Source of the DNA: an uncultured Cryomorphaceae bacterium
Lineage (GTDB): Bacteria > Bacteroidota > Bacteroidia > Flavobacteriales > UBA7430
Direction: 5' to 3'
Assembly (NCBI GenBank): GCA_964516765.1
Contig: CAZEWZ010000001.1
Coordinates: 72,755 to 136,754 of the forward strand
DNA length: 64,000 nt
In this document: positions 55,981 through 64,000 of the stretch, one piece after another
Position numbering within the stretch: the first letter of the stretch is position 1
Layout: every line of letters starts with the position of its first letter
Notes under the pieces: generated by a model
What the model saw: the letters and a program-made list of their open reading frames with translations, nothing else
Told to the model about the DNA's origin: nothing
Databases searched by the model: none
Program-made: the position numbers and the translations under genes

Positions 55981-56841
55981 TTATTTTTTTGATGATTCTT
56001 GGTTTGCCAAAATATCAATCAATGTAATAGATGCATCTTCCATGGTATTGACCAGGCTGTCGATTTTTGAAATGATATAGTTATAAAAGACTTGAAGTAT
56101 CATCGCAACAATCAAACCGAATACAGTAGTAAGAAGGGCTACTTTAATTCCACCCGCAACTAATGCAGGAGAAATATTATTGTTTGCTTCAATTGCGTCA
56201 AAAGCTCCAATCATTCCAATTACTGTTCCCATAAAACCAAGCATAGGAGCTAAGGCGATAAACAGGGATATCCAAGAAGTATTACGCTCAAGTCTACCCA
56301 TTTGAACTGAACCGTAAGAAACTATAGATTTTTCAACCATTTCAAGCCCTTCAGAAGATCTTTCGAGACCTTGATAAAATATTGAGGCTACCGGACCAGG
56401 TGTATTTCTACAAACCTCCTTGGCACTATCTACACCGCCACTTTTTAAAGATTCATCAATATCAGCTAAAAGTTTCTCTGTATTAGTTGTAGCTAGGTTA
56501 AGGTATATTATACGTTCTATACAAAGTGCTAAACCTAAAATAAGAGCAATTAGAACTACTCCCATAAATCCAGCGCCACCTTCGATAAATTTTTCTTTCA
56601 AAACTTGATGAAAGCTAGCTTCTTTTACTTCTTCAATTAATTCTGGAGCAATCTGTTCTACCAATATAGCAGAATCTGAGGTTATAGAATCTAACGACAT
56701 TGAATCTATTACAGTCGAATCTGTAGTCATTTCCATAGTTACAGAAGTGTCATTGACATCTTGAGCTACTAAATTAGTAGTATTCAAATTAAGCAAACTA
56801 AATATTGCAAGAATAGAAACTGTCTTTTTCATTTTTTTCAT
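55981..56841 (-). CDS. exbB: MotA/TolQ/ExbB proton-channel family protein
   Basis: 286 aa. Signal or N-terminal extension followed by the ExbB core (APMLGFMGTVIGMI.AF, ALLTT.FGL). Confidence 0.9.
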   Translation of the reverse strand: MKKMKKTVSILAIFSLLNLNTTNLVAQDVNDTSVTMEMTTDSTVIDSMSLDSITSDSAILVEQIAPELIEEVKEASFHQVLKEKFIEGGAGFMGVVLIALILGLALCIERIIYLNLATTNTEKLLADIDESLKSGGVDSAKEVCRNTPGPVASIFYQGLERSSEGLEMVEKSIVSYGSVQMGRLERNTSWISLFIALAPMLGFMGTVIGMIGAFDAIEANNNISPALVAGGIKVALLTTVFGLIVAMILQVFYNYIISKIDSLVNTMEDASITLIDILANQESSKK

Positions 56842-56996
56842 TTTTTTGAGTAAAAAAAGCTTTTGTTACGCAAATTTAAATAATTATTGGAATTGGCAAG
56901 GGAATTCGTTTCTCTTTATTGAATTTGAATTAATAATATTGGTCAATCGTATAATTTTTTAGAAAAACAGCGCCCATTTATTGAATATGCAGTAAT

Positions 56997-57401
56997 TTAT
57001 TTTTTTTTACCATTGACAAATTTTTTGTAATGAATGAAAAAATTAATCCATATCAACCTAGATAGATGATAATTTAATGGGGCAAATAAAAGAATTGCCC
57101 CTGATATTATTGCAATTTCATGTTCTATTTCAATTTCTGGAAACAGAACTAGCACCATAATCCAAGAAACAACTAATATGAAAACGCCAAGTGCATAGCT
57201 CACATACATTGCTCCATACCAGAAACCTACTTCTAAATCAAATTTCAACTTACATTTATTGCAGTATTTTGAAGTTCCGTCGTCTTTGAGGAGTACATTT
57301 TTAAAAGGATTATTTGTCGCCCAAAACCTTCCTTCATGGCACTGAGGGCAATAATTATATAAAATACTATAAATTTTATATCCTTTTGGGATTAGGGCCA
57401 T
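56997..57401 (-). CDS. DUF983 domain-containing membrane protein
   Basis: 134 aa. Has a CPQC...CNKC zinc-ribbon-like pair followed by FWYGAMYVSY and 2 TM helices. Confidence 0.7.
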   Translation of the reverse strand: MALIPKGYKIYSILYNYCPQCHEGRFWATNNPFKNVLLKDDGTSKYCNKCKLKFDLEVGFWYGAMYVSYALGVFILVVSWIMVLVLFPEIEIEHEIAIISGAILLFAPLNYHLSRLIWINFFIHYKKFVNGKKK

Positions 57402-57413
57402 TGGTTTTTTAGC

Positions 57414-58406
57414 TTAGAATAGAATTTTCTTTTTTACTCGGCCATTCCCATATAAGTAGAACAAGATTTGCCCCTTTTCATGAGTTTGAGCATCACGACC
57501 TAGTACATCAATCATTTTGATTAATCCTACCAATGAATTCATATGGCTCTCAATACCAATGTTTTCATCACAAAGATCGCCAAAACCGTCTTCATCTGAG
57601 TCTATCTGGTTAGGATTGTATAATAACATACAATTATCGAAGGGATCACAAATAAAGTCTTGGTCTTGATCTTCCAAACAATTGTGGTAGCAATCGTAAT
57701 TTATTTCTGAATAAACACAAGAGCCATCCTCTTCATTTGCTGATGAGTCAAAGTTACATGCAATTGGGTCTGTACATCCTATCGACCATTCTGTTTTGCA
57801 TTCTCCATCACTGAAGTCAGTAATACTGTTACAGGCTGCCTCAGCATAATTTGAGTAGGTTACATTATTGCATCCACATACGGGGTCCCAAATTTCAGAC
57901 CAGAAACAATCATCAATTAAGTTAGCCTCACAGGAAGTCGAATTAGAATTACATTCTGCTCCCTCACAATCTTCGAGTGTTGTGAAAGGAACCACTCCAT
58001 TACAGCCCCCCCATGTAAAACTGACACACTGCTGTGTTTCTTGGTCAAAATAAAAGGCTTCAATGGCTGCGAAGCACGGTCCTGGATTCGGTATGAGTGA
58101 ACAGGATTCGATAGATTCCGAACAATTTGGCGTTACTAACCAACTTGCGATCGATGTGCCAGGAATCTCTGTTCCATTTTCATCTACACACCAACAATAG
58201 CCAGAGCTTAACCAACATTGCATTCGACTATAGCTACCATTCTGTTCACATTGTGGAGTAAAAGCTCCAACTATATCTTGCATGTTAGACGCTTCTTCTT
58301 GGCAGGAAGTAGATTGCCCATTACATAGCAAATGCAAGAATATTCCAATTAATAATGGCGTTTTTACATTCATATATTTAACTAGTACAAGTAATTTAAT
58401 TAACAA
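57414..58406 (-). CDS. T9SS-sorted secreted multi-domain protease-inhibitor-like protein (thyroglobulin type-1 + Kunitz/BPTI + Kazal-like + TSP type-3 repeats)
   Basis: 330 aa in the ORF track. The likely start is Met12 (ATG at 58371-58373), which gives a signal peptide MNVKTPLLIGIFLHLLCNG.
- Tg-1 motif: FTPQCEQNGSYSRMQCWLSSGYCWCVDENG
- Kunitz Cys spacing 8/15/7/11/4 with GPCF and FTWGGC
- Kazal-like DPVCGCNNVTYSN
- TSP3: DQDQDFICDPFDNC...NQIDSDEDGFGDLCD
- C-terminal tail: IKMIDVLGR......GQILFYLYGNGRVKKKIL. Confidence 0.8.
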   Translation of the reverse strand: MLIKLLVLVKYMNVKTPLLIGIFLHLLCNGQSTSCQEEASNMQDIVGAFTPQCEQNGSYSRMQCWLSSGYCWCVDENGTEIPGTSIASWLVTPNCSESIESCSLIPNPGPCFAAIEAFYFDQETQQCVSFTWGGCNGVVPFTTLEDCEGAECNSNSTSCEANLIDDCFWSEIWDPVCGCNNVTYSNYAEAACNSITDFSDGECKTEWSIGCTDPIACNFDSSANEEDGSCVYSEINYDCYHNCLEDQDQDFICDPFDNCMLLYNPNQIDSDEDGFGDLCDENIGIESHMNSLVGLIKMIDVLGRDAQTHEKGQILFYLYGNGRVKKKILF

Positions 58407-59544
58407 GACCTAGGATTCTTTTGAACAATGCAAGTGTGAACTTGCTCCTGGGAACCGAAAATATAATTTTCATATCTTGGATTATACTTGAATTGTTGTC
58501 TAGAAATTCGAGAATAGTTTGAATTTCTACTTTTTCGAACAGACTAGAAAAGATTTCTTCACCTAGTTCATTATTTTTATATAATACATCTAAAAACAAC
58601 ATGTCGTAAAGTTGATATTTAGATTTTTTTTCAAAGGTTGTTAAGTCTTCTGATTTTTTTAAAAAAGCCAATAATTCTTTTGTTTTTCTTGAACAATTTG
58701 AAAATGTATATCCTGTACTAGCTTTTGTCCAACCACCAGCAATTCCAATGTTTAGAAGATTTTTTGTATTCTCAGAGGCGAATGGATATACTGTCATTGG
58801 AATACTTCCTTGTTCTGTTTCTGTAATCATATAATCAGTGATATTTTTTTCTTTCAGGTATTTCTCAATTGCTTTTTCATAGGCTTTTTTGTCTAGAAGG
58901 TCTTCTGAAAATAAGGTGTATTCGAACAAGGCCTCTTTTTTGCTTGTGGGCAATATATACATGAATCTTGTATTGCCTTTTTGATCAATGTTGAAATCCA
59001 TAAAAGTAGCTGTATCGGCATCAAAGTGATCTTCTTTTGTTTCGATGAACCACCCTATGAAATGTTGCTTTAGTACTGGGAATTTACTCTGTTTTAAGTA
59101 GCTATTATTGATTGAAAGACTGTTAAACACTTTTGAAGCCTGAAAAGTCGATTTTTTTCCATGTACCACTACATTGTTAAGGTTGGTGTTAATATTCGTC
59201 ACTTCTTCTTGGCAAAAAACAAAGTTTTCCTTTGAAAGGATATAATCCCAAAGTTTTTCAAAAAATGCACCACTTCGAATCATTTTATATGAATAAGGAT
59301 AAAGAGGTATTTTTCTCATTTTTCCTTTCGCGCCAAAAAAAATATCATTCCATTTTTTAGTGATGATAGAATCCCATTCATTGGATTCTTTTTCCCAAAA
59401 ACACCAAGTTCGCTTGTCCCCTTTATTTTTTTCTCTATCAATAATAACGATAGATTTATTATCAAAAAAGGAATCTTGTGCCATTCTATATGCAAGCATC
59501 AGTCCCGAAGCGCCTGCTCCTAATATGAGGTAGTCTGATTTCAT
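58396..59544 (-). CDS. crtY: Lycopene cyclase family protein
   Basis: 382 aa. Has the N-terminal FAD fold DYLILGAGASGLMLA and CrtY-type length, and lies in a carotenoid gene context. Confidence 0.82.
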   Translation of the reverse strand: MKSDYLILGAGASGLMLAYRMAQDSFFDNKSIVIIDREKNKGDKRTWCFWEKESNEWDSIITKKWNDIFFGAKGKMRKIPLYPYSYKMIRSGAFFEKLWDYILSKENFVFCQEEVTNINTNLNNVVVHGKKSTFQASKVFNSLSINNSYLKQSKFPVLKQHFIGWFIETKEDHFDADTATFMDFNIDQKGNTRFMYILPTSKKEALFEYTLFSEDLLDKKAYEKAIEKYLKEKNITDYMITETEQGSIPMTVYPFASENTKNLLNIGIAGGWTKASTGYTFSNCSRKTKELLAFLKKSEDLTTFEKKSKYQLYDMLFLDVLYKNNELGEEIFSSLFEKVEIQTILEFLDNNSSIIQDMKIIFSVPRSKFTLALFKRILGLVN

Positions 59545-60168
59545 TTAAACGAAAATAAAGATAGCGAAAAATAGGAAAAAGCTCGCCAAGATATTCATCG
59601 AGATGATTCTGTTGGTTTTTATTTCAAGAGATTGATATCCCCAATGAGCCAGAGAAGCAATACAAAACCATGCAATGTAGTTTTGAATCGGTACAATATC
59701 TCCCTCGAACTGCCAGAAATCAAATCGGGGAGCGGAGACCTCCATTAAGGCATCAAGAATAGTCATAAAAACTGCTCCTAGCAAAACTCTTTTCCACCGA
59801 TGATTTGTTATTTTTTTAGTAAAGTCTGCAGTCACTACAGTGAGGGTAACCCAATTTATACCAATCATAAAAGGAACACCTACAATTTTAAATCCTAAAT
59901 TTTCGCCATAGTCGTAACTTCCAAAAAAAAAGCCAAAATTTACTCCTAATACTTCGCTAATAAAACCTAAAAAGAATGGAATAGATAGTGCAATCAAAGA
60001 TTTTTTGTTGATAACTTCTAAGTGGATTAACACTAAAATGAAACTGATGGAGAGATTTAAGGGAGTGAGAGGAAGAAACCAATCTTTCGCAGGAGATGTA
60101 ATACCTATAATTCCAGAGACAATGAAGAGCCAAAGGATGACGATAGAAATTTTTGTTTTTTGACTCAT
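59545..60168 (-). CDS. Carotenoid biosynthesis membrane protein (DUF422 / CruF-like)
   Basis: 207 aa with about 7 TM helices. It lies between a desaturase and a cyclase with no intergenic gaps. I recall the family as the carotenoid 1',2'-hydratase-like 'carotenoid biosynthesis protein'. Confidence 0.68.
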   Translation of the reverse strand: MSQKTKISIVILWLFIVSGIIGITSPAKDWFLPLTPLNLSISFILVLIHLEVINKKSLIALSIPFFLGFISEVLGVNFGFFFGSYDYGENLGFKIVGVPFMIGINWVTLTVVTADFTKKITNHRWKRVLLGAVFMTILDALMEVSAPRFDFWQFEGDIVPIQNYIAWFCIASLAHWGYQSLEIKTNRIISMNILASFFLFFAIFIFV

Positions 60169-60169
60169 C

Positions 60170-61645
60170 TTAGCTATTTTTTTTAATTAATTCAGCTACA
60201 ATTTTGCCCGATAATAAACAAAGAGGGATTCCTCCACCAGGATGAACGCTTCCTCCACAAAAGTATAGATTTTTGATGCTATTTTTAAAGTTAGGATGTC
60301 TAAGGAAAGCCGAAAACTTATTGTTGCTAGCGGCTCCATATAATGCTCCTTGAAAGCTTTGGGTTTTAGATTCGATATCTCTTGGGTCTAAAATTGCTTC
60401 ATATTTAATAAGTTTAACAATGTCATGATGTAATAGTCTACTGAGTTTTTTGAGAATATTTTCTCTGGCTTTATTAATCATAGAATCCCAGTCTTGTCCT
60501 GAATTATTTGGGACATTAATCATAGTGAACCAGTTTTCACATCCTTCTGGCGAATCTCCAGGTTCTTCTTTTGAGCTAATATTGATGTAAATTGTTGGGT
60601 CCTCATGAATCATTTTTTTGTTGAAAATATAGTCAAATTCCTCTTGATAGTCTTTGGAGAAAAAGATGTTGTGCAGGTCCAGTTTTGGGAATTCTTTTTG
60701 GATACCCCAATAAAAAATAAGTGCAGAACTACTTCTTTCTTGGGAAAGCACTTTTTCTGGAGCGGGATAGTGACTAAGTAAACGGCGGTAGGTAGATACT
60801 ACATCGGCATTACTGACCACAATGTCTGCATCTATTAGTTTCTTATTCACACGGATTCCAGTGATTTCTCCCCGTTGTGTTTCAATTTTATTTACTGGAC
60901 TATTAAAATTGAATTCGACTCCTATATCTTTTGCTAAGGAAAACAAACTAAGGGTAATTTGATGCATTCCCCCTTTTGGAAAATAAGTACCATAATGTTG
61001 CTCTAAGTGAGGAATCATTGACATAATTCCAGGAGTTCTGTATGGAGAAGAACCATTATATGTGGCAAATCGATTATAAAATTGAACCAATCTTTGGTCC
61101 TTAAATGTTTTCTCATTCAGAGAAGAAAGACTGTCTTGGATGTCTAACTTGTTGAAATTAAAAAGTGCTTTGATGGCATCTGATGATAAGTAGGTTTCTT
61201 TTTTGTGCAGAGATTTCTCTAAAAATAACGAAGCGGTTAAATCATATTTTTTTTTGTTTCGAGCAAGGTAATACCTAAGTTTATTTTCAGAAACATCGAA
61301 TGTTTTAGTAGCTTTTTCAATAAATTCTTCTTTATCCCCAGGAGCTAAAAAGAAAGTTCCATCTTCAAAAAAATAGCTACATATGTTTTCTTTTTTTATA
61401 TAACTAAAGTATTTTTCAATGGGTTTTTTTGTCAGTTCAAAAAGCTCTTCGATCATGTGGGGCATTGTAAAGAGAGAGGGGCCCATGTCAAAACGATAGC
61501 CATTTTCTTCAAAGGCTGTTAACTTGCCTCCTGGATATTTATTCGATTCAAAGACCCGAACATGATGCCCGAGCATGCGCAGTCGAATTGAACTCGCAAT
61601 TCCAGCAATACCTGCTCCTATAATGGCAACTTCTTTCTTTTTCAT
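60170..61645 (-). CDS. Phytoene desaturase family protein (CrtI/CrtD-type carotenoid desaturase)
   Basis: 491 aa. Has the N-terminal dinucleotide fold VAIIGAGIAGIASSIRL....V.VFE and the C-terminal GGSVHPGGGIP motif. Confidence 0.85.
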   Translation of the reverse strand: MKKKEVAIIGAGIAGIASSIRLRMLGHHVRVFESNKYPGGKLTAFEENGYRFDMGPSLFTMPHMIEELFELTKKPIEKYFSYIKKENICSYFFEDGTFFLAPGDKEEFIEKATKTFDVSENKLRYYLARNKKKYDLTASLFLEKSLHKKETYLSSDAIKALFNFNKLDIQDSLSSLNEKTFKDQRLVQFYNRFATYNGSSPYRTPGIMSMIPHLEQHYGTYFPKGGMHQITLSLFSLAKDIGVEFNFNSPVNKIETQRGEITGIRVNKKLIDADIVVSNADVVSTYRRLLSHYPAPEKVLSQERSSSALIFYWGIQKEFPKLDLHNIFFSKDYQEEFDYIFNKKMIHEDPTIYINISSKEEPGDSPEGCENWFTMINVPNNSGQDWDSMINKARENILKKLSRLLHHDIVKLIKYEAILDPRDIESKTQSFQGALYGAASNNKFSAFLRHPNFKNSIKNLYFCGGSVHPGGGIPLCLLSGKIVAELIKKNS

Positions 61646-61862
61646 AAATAGAATGTAAAGATACTTTGAAAAAACTATTTACGTCAATAGTACTGCCATA
61701 AAGTGATTATATATATAAAACTTAATTAAATAATGGTATGCTATTGCTTCTGCAATTTTTATTTTTTACAATAAATTAACCTAAGTTTAAATCTTCATTA
61801 ACATTTATAAAGTCCTATCTATATAGATTTGCATATGTTAAATCAAACCAAAAAATAAAAAA

Positions 61863-63074
61863 ATGAAAAATAGATATGCTTTTTTTATAATAATGTTTTA
61901 CTCAGGAATAGTATATTCTCAAGAGGTTATAAATAATAGCTTTGGTAACGGGTTTTATAATGTAGTTGCTAGTGATAGTTCGTATAGTATGAAGTTAGAT
62001 GCCCGGATACAATCACTTTATGTGGGCGAGTGGGATGTTAATGATTCTAAGGGTGTTCATAATTCAAGATCGCAGTTTTTAATTAGAAGAGCTAGATTGA
62101 AGTTCGGAGGCTTTGTTATGAATCCGAAATTAAAGTACAAGATAGAGCTAGGTTTAACCAATAAAGATCAAGGGCAAGTCCAGGCAGACAATAATATGGC
62201 ACCAAAAATGATATTAGATGCTGTTATTAAATGGAATTTCTACAAAAACTTCACTTTATGGGCGGGTCAAACAAAATTGCCTGGTAACCGTGAGCGAGTT
62301 GTTTCATCTGCAAATCTTCAGTTGGTAGATAGGTCATTGGTGAATAAACGATTTAATATTGATCGCGATATGGGTGTTCAGTTAAGACATCATTTCAAAA
62401 TTGGTAAACAATTTATCATTCAAGAATCACTGGCTATGTCTCAAGGAGAGGGTAGAAATATTGTTCAAGATAATTTAGGAGGATATCAATGGACCGGGAG
62501 ACTTGAGTTTTTACCTTTTGGTAAGTTTAAAAGTAAAGGGGATTATAAGGGTGGTGCTTTGAGTAGAGAAGTTGATCCTAAATTAGCTATTGGTGCAACT
62601 TATGACTTTAATCATAATTCTGTGAAAGATAGAAGTAATATGGGAAGTTATATGTTAATTGATGATGGACAAGATTACTATCAAACAAATATAAATACTG
62701 TTTTTATTGATGCGATGTTTAAATATCAAGGTTTTTCTTTGATGGCAGAATATGCCTATCGAGATGCTGATAATCCGATTGTTACTAATTCTGATAGTTC
62801 AGAATCAGGTGATGTAGTCTCTGTTGGAGATGGTTTTAATTTGATGACGGGGTATTTGTTAGAGAATAATGTTGAAATTACTGGGCGCTACACAATTATT
62901 TCATTAGACAAGGAAATTACAGGGAAAGATATTGAAAATCAATATACTCTTGGGATTTCTAAATATTTTAAAGGCCACAAATTAAAAGTTCAATCTGATG
63001 TCAGCTATTTAGATATAGATAATTTCGATAGCTCTGGATTAATGTACAGGTTGCAGTTTGAGCTTCACTTCTAA
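61863..63074 (+). CDS. Outer-membrane porin (phosphate-selective porin O/P-like)
   Basis: 403 aa with a signal peptide. Has the F.IRRARLKF.G motif and ends on an aromatic residue (FELHF). Confidence 0.72.
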   Translation: MKNRYAFFIIMFYSGIVYSQEVINNSFGNGFYNVVASDSSYSMKLDARIQSLYVGEWDVNDSKGVHNSRSQFLIRRARLKFGGFVMNPKLKYKIELGLTNKDQGQVQADNNMAPKMILDAVIKWNFYKNFTLWAGQTKLPGNRERVVSSANLQLVDRSLVNKRFNIDRDMGVQLRHHFKIGKQFIIQESLAMSQGEGRNIVQDNLGGYQWTGRLEFLPFGKFKSKGDYKGGALSREVDPKLAIGATYDFNHNSVKDRSNMGSYMLIDDGQDYYQTNINTVFIDAMFKYQGFSLMAEYAYRDADNPIVTNSDSSESGDVVSVGDGFNLMTGYLLENNVEITGRYTIISLDKEITGKDIENQYTLGISKYFKGHKLKVQSDVSYLDIDNFDSSGLMYRLQFELHF

Positions 63075-63872
63075 AAAGTTAAACTTTTCTAATTTTACTT
63101 TAGCTATTCCTTCCAAAAATAGATTTATAGTTTAGGTTGATGGGTGATTGGTGAAAAAAGTTTTCCTTCTTGGTTTGTCTTATTCATTCAAGAGAATATT
63201 AATATTTTTTAATTTATTTTGTTGCTCTTTTTAAATACGGGTGATCATCAAGGTGATTCTTCCAACATAAAATAATCTTAGTAAGATTATTGTGAAGATT
63301 TTTTGATAAAGTCAAGATTTTCTTTTTCCAAAGAAATGTTTCTTTTTTTGGAGGTCTTGCTAATTATGGTATTCTTATTTTAGAAATAATGATTAGCTAC
63401 TAGCCTTCATAATTATTTTAAGGTAATCGATTGTATATTTCTGGAGGCCATATCTAGGTTATTTTATTTTCGGTACTCGGGTTTAGAACAAAAGCTAGCA
63501 TCAAGTTATTTTAGTATTTTACCTAATATAAAGCATTTATTATTGTCTTTTTTTGGCGGATAAATAAAGTGTGACTTGTCCTTTAAAGTTTATTTTAAAT
63601 ATGAAGTCTTTCAAAGGTATGTCTTTATGTATTTAATAGTCTTCAAGGGGCTACTTAACCTAAATTTAACATTAGATTTATTATAGTTTAACTTGATCCT
63701 TAATTTTATAAACTTTATTTGTGATGTCAAATCATAAAACCTAAAAAGATGAATACAAATACAGTTAAAAAAATTGAAATTAGTAAGTTTTTATACGCAG
63801 TCATTCTGGTTTTAGTTTATACTATTGCGGTTATTTCATAATTATTTTTAAAATTCTTACGGCCTTTTTATC

Positions 63873-64000
63873 ATGAAGAAAATCATAAAAAGATTCAGCT
63901 TCCCAGTATCGCTTTGGTTGCAAAAAGATGAACAATCCTTTTTAACTTTTGTAATCATTGCATTTTTACTTGCCATGTTTGTTACACCTTATCCTCAGAT
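63873..64000 (+). CDS. Hypothetical membrane protein, N-terminal fragment (runs off the right edge)
   Basis: ATG at 63873 followed by 42 stop-free codons (MKKIIKRFSFPVSLWLQKDEQSFLTFVIIAFLLAMFVTPYPQ) with a TM-like segment. I do not recognise the family. Confidence 0.3.
   Translation, partial: MKKIIKRFSFPVSLWLQKDEQSFLTFVIIAFLLAMFVTPYPQ

Overview
This is a 64-kb window of AT-rich chromosome from a member of the Bacteroidota, most likely Flavobacteriia. The taxonomic markers are a fused lpxC/fabZ gene, a PorX-type PglZ response regulator, T9SS C-terminal sorting domains, an UpxY-type NusG paralog and TAnnTTTG -7 promoter boxes. I support about 65 protein-coding genes, one tRNA (anticodon CAT), four intrinsic terminators and several repeats or regulatory motifs.

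Most of the window is core housekeeping:
- gcvH, alaS, hutU, rnhB, efp, lpxA-lpxC/fabZ-lpxD, tsaE, aroB-aroA, rbfA, dusB and the exbB-exbD-exbD cluster

Interspersed accessory islets:
- a glycan locus with a Wzx flippase, a sulfotransferase, a Wzz-like protein and an O-antigen-ligase-like protein (15.7-21.7 kb)
- a small secreted/T9SS islet (35.4-38.1 kb)
- a minus-strand run of a Fur-family regulator, three architecturally different photolyase/cryptochrome paralogs and a DUF2256 zinc ribbon (38.3-43.0 kb)
- a divergent MerC / TonB-dependent receptor / His-Cys lipoprotein locus driven by a duplicated bipartite promoter-operator module (43.0-46.3 kb)
- a tRNA-adjacent lipoprotein gene bracketed by repeats (46.4-47.6 kb)
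- a carotenoid cluster, CrtD/I-like, CruF-like and CrtY (58.4-61.6 kb)

I found no CRISPR array, transposase, integrase, prophage or recognisable defence system.

The most unusual items, in my judgement:
1. A T9SS-targeted protein that chains thyroglobulin type-1, Kunitz/BPTI and Kazal-like inhibitor domains (57.4-58.4 kb).
2. The Fur-led photolyase run, which includes an inverted-topology photolyase-like ORF.
3. Four CAAC-N3-GTTG palindromes arranged as two copies of a ~55-bp promoter module.
4. A perfect 29-bp inverted repeat abutting an orphan UpxY-like gene.

All functional calls rest on motif recognition by eye in the supplied translations. No database search was possible.
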